This document shows, one piece after another, positions 1 through 12,582 of a DNA stretch of 64,000 nucleotides. Every line of letters starts with the position of its first letter. Within the stretch, counting starts at the first letter, position 1. A program made the position numbers and the translations under genes. This stretch comes from Tubiluchus corallicola (taxonomy: Eukaryota > Animalia > Priapulida): positions 1 through 64,000 of the forward strand of contig JAQGDQ010000257.1 in NCBI GenBank assembly GCA_030141605.1. Direction: 5' to 3'. The notes under the pieces were generated by a model, which saw nothing but the letters and a program-made list of their open reading frames with translations, made no database searches and was not told where the DNA came from.

Positions 1-274
1 AAAAGTGATTGAGTTAGAGACGGTCTTAAAAAGCTTGATTTGTAGTAAAGAAAACTTTGTAAAAATCTGTTTAATTACCTATTTCTTAAGTGCAGTAAGT
101 ACAATGTTCCACTGTAAAGCCTGTTGTACATTTTTGGCTACACTACTGTATCACATTCAACATTGCACAGTCACTTCATCACAAATCCATCATTAATGTA
201 GTGTCTTTTATTTTTAAATGCTTGTTGCGAGTAATTTGGGATTTTCAGGTGATTTTCTTATTCAATTTCTTTAG

Positions 275-3200
275 CTCAACTCTAACGGAAAAACTGCATG
301 GGAATATGATGAAACTAGAGGCCAGTACTACTACCATGCATTTGACAATGAACAACCAGATCTGAACTTACGTGACCCGAATGTCAAGAAGGAGCTGGAG
401 GTATGTGAAAAGTATAAAATTTTTAGGTGTTTCTTAGAAAATTATTCAACTTGATGTGGTGATGTGTCTGCTGAGCACTACTTGACCTTTGTAACACTAT
501 CAGTAGCGTGTGATAAGAAGCGCTATACCAATATAAGATAGAGTAGAACTTCTGAATGTATTTAAGTATAGTAAACTCCGCATAACTCAAATCCAACCAG
601 ACCGAAAAGAAAACTTTTGAGTTAGGTAATGTTGACCATTGTCCAGCATAGAAACTCTAAACCCGTCCTCCAGACGAAGAGCGTAAACGACGAAATTTGA
701 TGACAGTTACATAGAGAATAGCAAATTGTGTAGTAAAACTTTTTTATGTTAGAAAAAGACACGTATACAACACTGTTGAACAATATGACATTGGGGCTGC
801 CAAAGTTTTATGTACTGCAGTTCCGTTCATTGATTGATGATCATTGCAGCATTTGTTGATGGCAAACACAAGTATAAAATGTAGATTGTAAATTGCATTT
901 TTGAGTTAGGTGAAGTAAATTACCTGTATTTTGATTAAGTGGACCATAATTTTTTATTTGAGTTAGGCGAAATTTTGAGTTAAACAATGATTTTTGTGAG
1001 AAAAACAAGGATTTCGTTCCGATGAAATTCTTTGAGCTGTGTGATTTTGAGTTACTGACAGTTTAATATAGATTTAAAATGATGTCTGCTTTTTTGTAAA
1101 TTCACCTAGGGACTCTTTCTAAGCTTAAAAACTCTAGTTTGTCTGGAGGGGAGTGTTAGTTCGAGAATTCTGTCGTATGTTCCTGCAAAATTAGAGTAGA
1201 CACCATTTGTGTCATTATTTTGCTAATACTGCAATGAGAAAATTGAATTCAGAGTAGTGCCACTTATTTGATGAGCATTTTGGATATTTTTTATAAATAA
1301 TGCTTTCTGCATGTAACTTGAAAATGCCTATGTGAAATCGTCATGTGTAGCGTAACCACAATCACCATTATCTTTTTTTATAACAGGGTATTCTCAAATT
1401 TTGGTTGGACAAGGGTGTAGATGGACTCGTCATTCGCGGAACAGCTTACTTGTTTGAGAGTGAAGACCTTTCTTCCAATAAGGTAGAAACTTTAAATTTT
1501 CTCAGTTAGTCAAGTAGTCTAGCTTCTCGTTAGAATTCTGTGCCACAATGCCTGGCTTGATGTAGAGGTGCATCTTTCTCTACTAAAACACTTTACTTGA
1601 TCTTGTATTATCTGAAATACATTTGTACATTGTTTTTCACTCCTGACTATTAAATTGTCTTTATAGTGTACTATTTTAAGAGTAAAGAAAAAGTAAAGGT
1701 TTTTTGTAAAATAAAACATTATTTGGTTATTCCTGCGAAATTTTGTCACAGGTATCTGGCAATATTCCAAATTGAAATTTGTTCCGTTTTTTGGTGCAAC
1801 ACTCGATATATTAATTTTGCAAATTAAGAAGTAGCTGATGTGTATTATCTACAAACTCACAGCCTGCACATATTCAAACTTGCAACCTGAATTCTATGCA
1901 GCTTAAACACCATTGTACAATGTTTTCAGACACAGACAATGTATTTGGATGAAACCTATGAAATCGTGCGAGAGTGGGCAAAAATTGTCGATAGTTATGG
2001 TGAAAATGAAGAAAAACAAACCAGGTAAATACAAAAACTTATACTGTATAAATGTAATATCTTATTTTTCATTGCTGAGTATTATCACTTTGCAATCATT
2101 TTAGCGGCTACCTGTGTGGTACACTATGATCAGTTAAGTACATGTTTTATCTTATAAATTATTGGACATTACTACAGCAGTTAATGATTGTAATGATGGA
2201 CTGTTATCTCACTTTCATATTAATGCTGAATGATTAGTGCTTTTGTAGTGTAGGGGGCACTTTCTAAATTCTGTTTTTGTCTTGCCTAAATAAATAATAG
2301 TAACCGTACATTCACTAATATTGTTCTAATGGCTGGTACTTTTCTGTTGAACATGAAATTATCAAGTACTACTGTTACGAATGACCATATTCCTTGGAAG
2401 GTGTTTACTAAACCATTACTTGTTTTAGGTTTTTGATAAATGACTGCAGCGGCGATCATGCAGCGACTGTGAAGTTCTTGAACTACGGCACCCACAGTGC
2501 CCTCTACATGGGTTTAACTGGAAAGGTTGGCGCTGACTGCAAGGCTAAGTGCATCAGAGAAAAGATAGAGAAGGGGCTGGATATGGATAACGTAGTTTTA
2601 GAAAGCAAGAGCTCAGCTACCCCTGTTCCTTGGATGGTATGTAATGGAATGAATAATTATGTATGATCGTGATGATTATGACAATGACTGTGTTGTGATT
2701 GCTGATAGCCAGTAACAGGTGATCATGATGATCTTTTTGTTACTCTTCTTGAGTTACATAGTATAGCATTTCTTGCTTATCAGTATTTTATACTTTTTTG
2801 TCTATAATCAAGTTTCCTATATCAGGCAGTCTAGCATAGGAAAACACTTGGCATTATTAAGTGGCTTTTTCATTATTCAAATCCTTACTAACTGGGCAAA
2901 AATAAATTTAATTATATGTAAAGGTTTATGTGTTTGTATGTTTAGGTTGGTGACCTGTCTAATGGGCGCATCGCATCTACAAAGGGAGCCAAGTACGTGA
3001 ACGCTATGAACATGCTAATTGGCACGCTACCTGGGGGCTCGGTCACGTATTATGGTGAAGAAATCGGCATGGAGAGCAAGACTGACATTCCGTTTAGCAA
3101 CACTAAAGATGCTCGTGCACTTAATAATCAGGTAATGCATTCTATCTTATTTGATTTCTACATTTATATTTTGTATTACTTTACTTTACTTTACTTTACT

Positions 3201-6200
3201 TTACTTTACTTTACTTTATTAGTGTTCAGAAATTCATGCAATACAAGAAAAAAATGACATACATGCAATTTCAATTTTGAAATATAGTGACACTGCATAC
3301 AAACAAAACAATTACTAATGAAACATTTATTATTAAATCTTCCTGTCATTTATACTTATTTAAATGAAAAATTTAATGATTACTTTAAAAATTTAAAATA
3401 AATTGTCATTCATTGGGCCTCATTTTCAATGATATGATCATTACATAGTATATTGTTCATCACGAATTAAAAACATTTTTTCAACAATAAATCAATAAAT
3501 GCCTTAATTCTAAATCATTACTTTCCATCGGGAATAAAAATTTATCAGCATCGCTCATAAAGAAAAATTCTGGTACAATTACATTGATGTGATTATAGAA
3601 TTTTGCTCTAAGATCATTGTAATATGGACATCTTACAAAAAAGTGTAATTCGTCTTCGATTTCATTTCTTAAACAGTATAAGCATATACGATTCTCGGTT
3701 GGGATTTTCCTAGGTTTAACGTACCTCCCTTTTTCAATACAAAGTATGAGAACTGATTCTTAATTTTGCAAAATAGTCTTATATAATGTAAAACAGGAGA
3801 ACAAACACGTACTTTATAAGGTCAGTTTCATTAACAGGTAGAAGCCTAACTAGGGCAAAAAGTCTTGTCATATTGTTTTTGTGGCTTTTTGTATATTGTA
3901 GCTTTCAGTCGGATTGTATAGTGTGAAGTCGTAAACTGGCAGAAACGACTTTAGAACTGCGGTCTTGAGAAAGAATGCCAAACACTGGAAAAAATATTTT
4001 GCTTGTAGTCCAAAACAAAGTATAATAGCAACAAAGTTGTGGTTCACTTTACGCCAAATCTTAGAGGCAGCACAACTCTTTCCACTCTGCCTCTTTTACA
4101 TCTGTTTTCTGCCTCGCCTTTTTTAAATGCCTGGAGTGTTTTTTATACTAGTTACTACTCATCGTAACATTGAGGATGTAAGTATAAAAAACTAGGTGAA
4201 ACTATTGTACGTTGTGGCGTTGCACGATGGTCTGACCTGGCACAATGTTTAGCGGAAATAAGCAATTGCCATAAGGACATAGTCCCACAAAAAACTGAAA
4301 CAGTGAAATATACAAGATTGTCCAGGAAAAATCAATACCATAACAAAATATAAATTTGTTGGTTGTTGTTGTTTTTTTTTTTGTGTTTTTGTGGTTTTTT
4401 TTTTTGGTGTTGTTTTTGGGTTGTGTGTGGGTTGTTTTGCAAAAACTACTGCGTTAAAAATGCCAACATCATATTATCGACGTTCTAGTATAGTTTTAGT
4501 TTTTATTCAGAGGAAAATACAGCTCACTATAAAATGATGCTTATTTGCGAGCTTTTTCGTGTTAAAGCCAAATTTCCACTCGCTATTCTGAGATATAAAG
4601 AAGCCAAATTTTCGTTTTTCTCTTATAGGCAACCTACAAAGAAGTATCGCGGGATCCATCCAGAACACCGATGCAGTGGAACTCGAATACTGGTGCAGGT
4701 TTTACTAGTGGTGAACCTTGGTTGCCATTTGGCAATCTAGACATCAATGTGAAGGTAAGTTTCCATCCAGATAGTTCAGAAGTAGTCGTATATTTGCAAT
4801 ATTTTTCTGGCAAGCCAGGTCATACAAACAGGTGGTCACTAAGGAAATTTTTATATTTCTCAAACTATAACTTTCATATTTTTAGAATTCACTGTGTGTT
4901 AGTTGATGTTATTGGTATTATTCCGGTTTCGGCAGCAAGTTTTTATTTAAGTAATTTCAACGCAAATTATTGTGTCATATTAAGAATATATTTAAGTGTT
5001 TGCTAAATATTTGGTTTTGTTAACTAGATCACTTTGTTTATTTAACCAGTAATCTTTAAGATTTTTCTTTGAGAAGTATTTTTCTCTGATTTGCATCCAC
5101 ATGAATATTAACATCTTTATTTTTCATTTCTAACATTCCAAAGTTAGACTAGTATCACTATTGATGTTGTAGCGTCGGCGTAGCAGTAGTTGCTCGCCAA
5201 AATGTTAGAAATTTAAACTAAAAATGTCCTAAAAAAATCTGACTATAGCGAGTAATTAATTACATTACAGTTTTCTTTTCAACCTTTACTTTGTCATAAT
5301 GAACCAATCACTAACCCTTTTAAATCCTGCTTAACACGTTCGATCTGTCACTGATTCACTAAATGTTTTTTCTTTGCAATCTTTCATTTTATGGTCAAAT
5401 CGCTCTTAACAAGCTCTGCGATAGTGTGGCATGCTTTGAACATGATTTAAAATTATCTTCGAATTTTATAGATTATAATTTTTAGCCTCTGGCAATAATT
5501 TTGTTATTCGATCTGGTGGGCTTTCGTATCTTAGAATTTTCGTATTATGAGACAAGATTTACCCTATGGTTCCAGCCCCCCCCCCCAAACAGTCGTGTAA
5601 AGTGTAAATATTGTACCCACCCGAAAGAAATATGTTCGTTAATGACCAATTGTCGAAGGGTTTCGCTCATATTCCCTTGCGATAGCACTTAAATGCATGC
5701 CACTTTCATATTTAGCTAGAATTTCAAGCTTTGTTTCCATCGACATCATCCTTTCCTTCTTATCACTACCACTGGCACTTGCTTTTTTAAGACCCATGGT
5801 TATTGAATGCATTCACGTGAGATAAGAGCACAACAAAGTGTTCACGTGATGCTACGAAATGCATTCTAGGAGGACCGCTGTCGGGCGGCACTTTCGATTT
5901 TCGTATTCTGAATTTTTCGTATAATAGGGTTTTCGTAAGTCGAGGTTCCACTATATTTGTTATGAGATGTAATAATTATGTGTTGTGTCGAAGTAAAATA
6001 AGTTTGAATTTGAAATTACTCGTTAATCGCTAGTTATTGTTTTTATTACAAATATTGCCTTCAGTCATATAAACTGCTTGTTACAGGATCAAGAAAATGG
6101 CACCAGTTCCTCATTGAACATCTACAAGAAAGTGGCAGCGCTACGTCAGACTGATGCAGCTTTCAAGAGCAGCGCTTACAAATTTTACGGTGACAGCGAC

Positions 6201-6491
6201 AATATTATTGCATTCATGCGCAGCCCCGTGTGGGATGAGGAGGAAGAAGAAGAAGAAAAACAACCTACATCTTATCTTGTCATTCTTAACCTAGGTGACG
6301 CTAGCGAGGGAAATTTTGATTGGTTGCCAAAAGGAGGAGAGTTGGTGTTGGACACCAATGGCAATTCTGGTGGCCAGTTAAATCAGACTTCCATTGCACC
6401 AGGTGATGGTTCTATCATTAAATACATGGGAAAAGAACATCTGGAGGGTCAGCCGAAAAACGGTGAAGAATCGGCCGCGGCAACGGAGTAA
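275..6491 (+). CDS. SLC3A1/rBAT-like GH13 (alpha-glucosidase-fold) protein, 5' end outside the window, predicted catalytically inactive
   Basis: Seven GT-AG exons in phase: 275-400 (TAWEYDETRGQYYYHAFDNEQPDLNLRDPNV), 1387-1482 (ILKFWLDKGVDGLVIRGT), 1930-2024, 2429-2636, 2946-3131 (TLPGGSVTYYGEEIGM), 4629-4754 (RDPSRTPMQWN..AGFT..PWLP), 6087-6491 (stop). These motifs are diagnostic of the GH13 maltase/SLC3 group. Confidence 0.88.
568..1070. mobile_element. Degenerate Tc1/mariner-Tigger-like MITE
   Basis: Imperfect TIRs TATAGTAAACTCCGCATAACTCAA ... TTGAGTTACTGACAGTTTAATATA with TA flanks, plus internal TTTTGAGTTA subrepeats. Confidence 0.55.
3176..3218. repeat. (TTTAC)n microsatellite
   Basis: Tandem pentamer read directly from the sequence, in an intron. 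Confidence 0.9.
5500..5955. mobile_element. Partial Tigger-like MITE
   Basis: Right end TCGTAAGTCGAGGTTCCACTATA resembles a Tigger-type TIR, and TTTTCGTA motifs recur internally. No left TIR recognised. Confidence 0.4.
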
Positions 6492-7484
6492 TAAGCTTAT
6501 TGCCTCAAGTTTTGGAATAATACAAGATTTATCAAAAAAAATGTTTGCTTTCATTGTGGTGTGTAAACGAGAAATATATTTACCGTCTTTGTGTATCGGT
6601 GATTCCTGCTTTCCAATCCACCGATAACTAACTGCAATAGCTACTGTTCACTTTTGTTTCATGTTTATTCTAGGTGTCTGATGGTGAAATCAGTTTTCAT
6701 TACTCAAAGTATATTTAAAATGTATCATAAATGGATATAATTACTAAGTTGGTGCGTTTTAAAATACAGCACTACCATTGAGTAAGTGTTTACCTCAAAT
6801 CAGAACTCATTACTGGTGGGTTCGAAAGCATTGTATTCTTTTTAACTGTAACATGAAATGGCGATTCGGTGAATAGTCTATAATTTGTTTGTGCATTGTG
6901 TATGTATCAAACTAAATATAACTAATGTGCGTCTCACTAGCTAAGTCAAACACTTGAGTTGAGAGATAAAGAGTTACTACAAATTCAATGTCTGTTAGAT
7001 ACTTTTGGTTTTTTACATGTAGTAGCTTGTCCAGTTATAGATGTTGGTGTACCTCTGCTTAGGAAATAAAGGGTTTACCCCTGCTCTGAATTGCCCAGAA
7101 AAGTGGGGTCCTGTTAAACCCACTTCCAAAACACTGCAAAAAATTTCTGTTAAATACTATACACCAATTTGGGTAATTGGGGAAATATCCTTCATGATAT
7201 GGATTTATTATTGGCCACACAGAGCACCAAAATCGGCTGATTTCTGCCTTTCATTTTAATGAATAACTTTCTACGTGTTTGATAAATTGAAAGACAATTT
7301 TGCCATTGAAATTGAGGATCAAGCAACATTATCTTCTACTTGTTTTACGCCACTTGTAGTCCAATTGCAATTTAGTTATGGCTCCGAAATTTTTGTGTGA
7401 TAAGCTAGCTGCTAGCCCATCTACCAAGTACATTATTATTGGTCATAAAAATTTAATGTACCTGAAATAATTTGGCATTTGTTG

Positions 7485-7536
7485 AATAAAATTACAGAGC
7501 AATTACAGTTGTGAACTTTTTTGTTTACGTTTTATT
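7485..7536. terminator. Candidate back-to-back polyadenylation signals of the two convergent genes
   Basis: AATAAA on + at 7485-7490 and AATAAA on - at 7531-7536, lying between the SLC3-like and TRAPPC12 stop codons. Confidence 0.45.
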
Positions 7537-7740
7537 GTGTTGACAGCCGTATTTCACAAATAGATACCTAAAAATACAGATACACATAATAACAATTGAA
7601 TTTGAAATATCTTTAGGAATGCACTATACTGCAAATGCATTTCCGTGACTATTTGAACATAGCTAAGAGTAGGTTAGGTATAATAATTTTACACCAGGAA
7701 GCCAATGCAATCTGCTTCAGTGTAAGGCAGCATGAAAAGC

Positions 7741-8286
7741 TTAAAGGAAAGAACAAGTCACTTAAGATGCTGGGTTTGTTTCACTGTTATCACTTAAACT
7801 TAAAAAAATAAAGATATTTGCAAAGAACTGCCTGTAAAGCACAAATTTAAAATATATAATTATACTACCTCTGAATAGAAATTTTCAGGAATGGTGGTTG
7901 CCGCTTTCAGGAGACTTCATAGCTTTCCGTAAGTGCGCACTGCGTAAACTAATTCAAACTTCTACAGCTTACTACGTTCACGTAAAAATATTACAAAATT
8001 AGCTATCTATGTTTTTATAAAACCTTATAATTTTGGTGAAGACTAGCTATCTATGTTTTTATAAAACATAATTTTGGTGAAGACTGACAGTGCGCTACTT
8101 TTCTTAAACGAATGACGTCACTGGAAGAATGAGCATTGAAAATGGGAGTGCCTGAGTGTGTGGTGATTTTACTAGTTACACGAGACACTTATTGCAGTTT
8201 ACTAACTCCTAACATTTTTCAAGAACATTGAAATAATATCGTGAACATAATGCCTAACCTCTTACAAGGCTTGCTCTTTTCTTTAA
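7741..8286. mobile_element. TTAA-flanked Kolobok-like MITE, copy 1 (downstream of the TRAPPC12 stop)
   Basis: TTAA-AGGAAAGAACAAG ... CTTGCTCTTTTCT-TTAA TIRs. Collinear with a second copy at 26501-27021. Confidence 0.75.
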
Positions 8287-9172
8287 TCAAATGGAAGAAT
8301 TCTTTAGAAACTGACGTCTATTTAAAACTACTGTGTTATGCTAATTTTAATGAAGCTGTGGAGAAACCATCACCATGTTGAGTAGCAGCAATCTCTAATA
8401 AACCTTGTTTCTTCTTGAGGGCTTTAGAAGATTCAAGTTCATATAATGTGCATAAATTAAAGACTGCCCCATCGTGCAAACTACCCAGTGAATCTGACCT
8501 AATCAGTTCCTCAAGTGTAGATATAGCTTCTTTCAATTTGCCATGATAGAGGAGGCACACAGCCACGTTATTGACGGCGCTGATATTGCGAGGATTGACA
8601 TTTTTTGCTTCTCTAAATAATGCCAATGCCTCCGAATAGGATCCCTTGGCGATGCACAAGTAACCACTGTTCATTAGCCGTTGCAGTTTACTAACTCCTA
8701 ACATTTTTCAAGAACATTGAAATAATATCGTGAACATAATGCCTAACCTCTTAGAAGGCTTGCTCTTTTCTTTAATCAAATGGAAGAATCCTTTAGAAAC
8801 TGACGTCTATTTAAAACTACTGTGTTATGCTAATTTTAATGAAGCTGTGGAGAAACCATCACCATGTTGAGTAGCAGCAATCTCTAATAAACCTTGTTTC
8901 TTCTTGAGGGCTTTAGAAGATTCAAGTTCATATAATGTGCATAAATTAAAGACTGCCCCATCGTGCAAACTACCCAGTGAATCTGACCTAATCAGTTCCT
9001 CAAGTGTAGATATAGCTTCTTTCAATTTGCCATGATAGAGGAGGCACACAGCCACGTTATTGACGGCGCTGATATTGCGAGGATTGACATTTTTTGCTTC
9101 TCTAAATAATGCCAATGCCTCCGAATAGGATCCCTTGGCGATGCACAAGTAACCACTGTTCATTAGCCGTTG
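8192..9172. repeat. 489-bp tandem duplication (TRAPPC12 3' coding end plus MITE right end)
   Basis: 8192-8680 matches 8681-9169. I saw only two differences (8265/8754 and 8301/8790). TTG microhomology at the junction. Confidence 0.95.
8336..8683 (-). pseudogene. Duplicated C-terminal fragment of TRAPPC12
   Basis: Translation from QRLMNSGY to ASLKLA* is identical to the C-terminus of ORF 8825-10702. It sits downstream of the real stop codon. Confidence 0.75.
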
Positions 9173-11243
9173 TGACACTTTTTCAACTGTTTCGTCACCA
9201 CTTTGGGCGTTAACTCGATAGAAACAGTTTTCGGCCGCAGTAATGCAACCAATCTGTAGATACATGCGACCAATGTTACTAAGCATTTCAGCAGGATTAT
9301 CGGAATCTTTTTCAACTATCTGCTCTGCAACTTGAGCTGCTAAATTACAGTCTTTTATCACTAACAGCACATGAACTAATGCATATAATAATTTTATTTC
9401 CCTCTTCTTCCACAGTTTTATCGATGCCTCTTTCTGTTCTGCGCTAATTACGACCATGCTTCCGTCTTCAGGGCGACCTTCAGCTAAATTCTGTAAGATC
9501 TTAGACACCACTGAACACATTGAATGTAACCTATTAACACTCTCGTTTGGCTTTCCTGTGTATTGTGGAAGTTCCGCATGAAGAAGACGGAAACTAAATG
9601 GAACCATTGAACCCTTCCTGCCTTTGTAAACATCGGGATAGAATTCATAGTACAAGTCCGGTCTATCCAGGTCCCCGAAAGACTCTATTTCAACTTCGGC
9701 AAAGCTGTACTTCTGCAGCCGTACCATTAAAGCCATACGCAAGAACCAAAGCTGCAGTGTCTGAGGAGTATTTGTGCTCGGATGCCCGCCCATATCTGGA
9801 CCTTGGCCAAGTCCAGTTAACAACTGCCCCGTCAGATCAATAGCAGCATGATAATTACGTGCATTAATAAGATTAACTAGTCCATCCATATCATACGTAA
9901 TCCTATCCTGAATCAAAGAAGTGCGTTTGACAGCTTCATGCTCTCCCATGTACTTCACCACCAGGTCACGAACAGGATCTCCCATTGTTTCTTGAATAAT
10001 TATTCCTGGCATAGTTAACAAGTCTTGACTAATAACACTAATTCCTCGTGCAGCATCAATCAAAGACTGCCTGGTGCGTTCTGACGGAATCCAGGCGTCA
10101 ACACTCGTATCAAAATCACTACCCATTCCAACAGTAGCAAAAAACTCCGAAGCACTTTCAGTTGAGACCTGGGATGTGAAAATTGAAGCTTGTCCCTCAG
10201 AAGACTGACTTGCGGTATGTTTACGTTGTACATTCTTCTCGGTGGCTTCATTGCTAATGCTATCGAAAAATGCTTTGCCTTCTGTGTCTCCTGCCGTCTC
10301 CCTGTCGGACATTTTAAAGAAATTTATCGCATCTTCCTCAGGAGGCACATTAACTTCTGCCAAGACACTCAACTGAGACGTAGTACTAGTAGGAACTTCA
10401 CCGGCCTCTTCAGCAAAATATTTACACAAATCTGGTTTTGAATTCGGGCTGCCAATTGGTTGCACCTCATATCCATGATCACTTCTGATTAAGATGCTGA
10501 GGCCATTATCATCTTGAGCATCATCATCGACAGCTGCTTGATCTCGTTCTTTAGTATCATCACAGCACAGTGGTTCAGTAACATTAGCTTCAGAATCGTC
10601 AGCAGCTGTGCTCACAGATTTTTGGTCCACACTGTCACCATAACCTGGAATTGTGTCTCTGTCGGAATCTTCAGCTGTGACACCTGTATCTTTTAACAAC
10701 ATCTCTGGTGTTTTGCAGGATCCGTCTTCAGGTGCTGTAAAGAAAATTTGCGGTCCAGTTAATCTAACAGATTTGAACGTCTGATATAAAAAAATTAGAA
10801 TTTACATACACTTTATTGTATTTGAACACTCAGTAGCTATATATGTATTGTTAACAGTTTAGCCGATTCTTGCAGAATAATACACAAATTATGTCAAACC
10901 TTTACCACCAGAGATGAGAATGACAAATTATACTAGTGCAATTTATAAAGGTGACACAAATGTGCTGCTCGAAGCTTTTAAATAACTTAACGGCAGTCAA
11001 AAGAATAGGTAAAGAATTGAAATTGAATTGAACTTCATAGAAGAATTCTCATTTTTCCAATTATTCTTCCAATCAATAGTTAATAGTCTTTCCGCAGAAT
11101 GAAAGTAATATGCAGTTACAGACTGGCATTTTGAGTATTTCTGATAAAGCAAATTTAAATAGTAACCTACCAACAGAATCATCCAAACAAATGGACTCTT
11201 CCAGCAAAGCGTCTGACAAATCCGGTGGACGAAGAGACGTCAT
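8825..11243 (-). CDS. TRAPPC12: Trafficking protein particle complex subunit 12 (TPR protein), ~660 aa, two coding exons
   Basis: Exon 11171-11243 (MTSLRPPD..., phase-1 donor GTAGGT) joins in frame to exon 8825-10734. Motifs DAWIPSE, LTMPG..GDPV, LQLWF.R.AL, FGDLDRPDLYYEFYP..Y.GRKGSMVPFSFRLLHAELPQY, NN.AVCLLY.GKL, FNLCTLYELES. Confidence 0.93.
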
Positions 11244-11635
11244 CCTTTGGATTTAGTCACTTCTAATTTTACAAAACTTTCATGATTAAAGATAGTAGCA
11301 TTTAATTTATTTAATCCACCGCGACCAAAGCACTGTACCGAGTACGTAGAAAAAATCTAATTCTAACTTGTAAAATCTAATTTATAACACATCATTACGC
11401 TAATCCACCTACGTTTTGTGAATTGCGCCTCGTACAATTCCACGCAGCCTGTGAAATTTAGCTGAGGAGCAAAGCTTGAAAGCTGAACATGATGAGCACA
11501 ATTCACGCACTTTCTAAGCGCACTTCATTAACGTTAATGATTATTGCTTTTCTCATAAATTGGACCTAAAAATAATAATAATAGCTGCGTCAGTACTGTT
11601 GTTGCTGTTTTACTATTTACCATCGCTATCATCAG

Positions 11636-11828
11636 CTTATCATTATTGTTATTATTACCATTATCATAATAATAATTATTCTTATCGTTATCATAATGAT
11701 GATGATGATGATCATCATCATCATCATCATAATAATAATCTATATATTAATTTCGCTGGTATATATATATATATATATATATGCATATATATATATACAT
11801 ATATATATATTTATATATATATATATAA
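11636..11828. repeat. Compound microsatellite (TTA/GAT/CAT/TA)
   Basis: Low-complexity trinucleotide and dinucleotide runs read directly. Confidence 0.9.
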
Positions 11829-12582
11829 CCGACGAGGCTACAGCTCCAACGACAGCACCATTTTCGACGATATATACGTCAAATGAAAAGTCTCCACCTT
11901 GGGACCTCGCACCTGGGGGTTTATTTTTCGAATCAGACTCACCGGGAGGAACTGTGGCCGAAAACCTCCAGAAATGGCCATTTTTCCGCTGTTTTTTGCA
12001 AAAAATTGCAAAAATTATACCTCTTATTTCTGGAGAACGGAAATGTGCCTGGCATGGTGCCGGTAATGGTTTCATAGCCAGTTCAATGGCGGTGTTATAG
12101 TTCTATTTGGAATTCGCGGGAGGGAGGGCCCCGTGACGGGCGTTTTCCCGGACCCAACCAATAAAAGAAGTGACAATGTGTTATAAAAGAGGACCGGATA
12201 CAAGAATATACAACGCTCCGGCTGTTGTTGAAGCGGCGACTATATTTGTTGGTTTGGATGACGCACCGCCATTTGAGTGAGACATAATGGTGTACGAACG
12301 AGGCGGTGACTGTCAAAGAATTAGTACCCTGAGTCCAAATTGTGATCCAATGTGCTGCTGCTTGCTATTTCCGTATGGTGAACAAGGATGGTGTGAAGCA
12401 ATGAAACACCTGGAAGAATGCAGAACTGAGAAAAGACAGACACTTGGATGTTGCAGTACTACTGCTATCGTTTGGCACTGCGTGACATGTATTGTTCAAT
12501 TCAAAAGTGTGCAGGGAAACGTAACTGAATAGACACTATGCATATTCATCGCTATAAAGTAAGCAATGCTGGACCTGGCTAG
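11739..12582 (+). mobile_element. Internally deleted Helitron relic
   Basis: Frameshifted RepHel peptide QRISTLSPNCDPMCCCLLFPYGEQGW ... MLQYYCYRLALRD (~12300-12490). 5' end A|TCTATATAT followed by a (TA)n tract. Candidate CTAG 3' end at 12579-12582. Boundaries are tentative. Confidence 0.7.

Noticed and set aside
8336-8704. Independent 122-aa TPR gene
   Set aside because: Its ATG lies in duplicated MITE sequence and the rest is an identical copy of the TRAPPC12 end. Nothing indicates its own promoter.
11560-12100. His/Ile/Tyr-rich ORFs
   Set aside because: These are translations of microsatellites and Helitron non-coding sequence.
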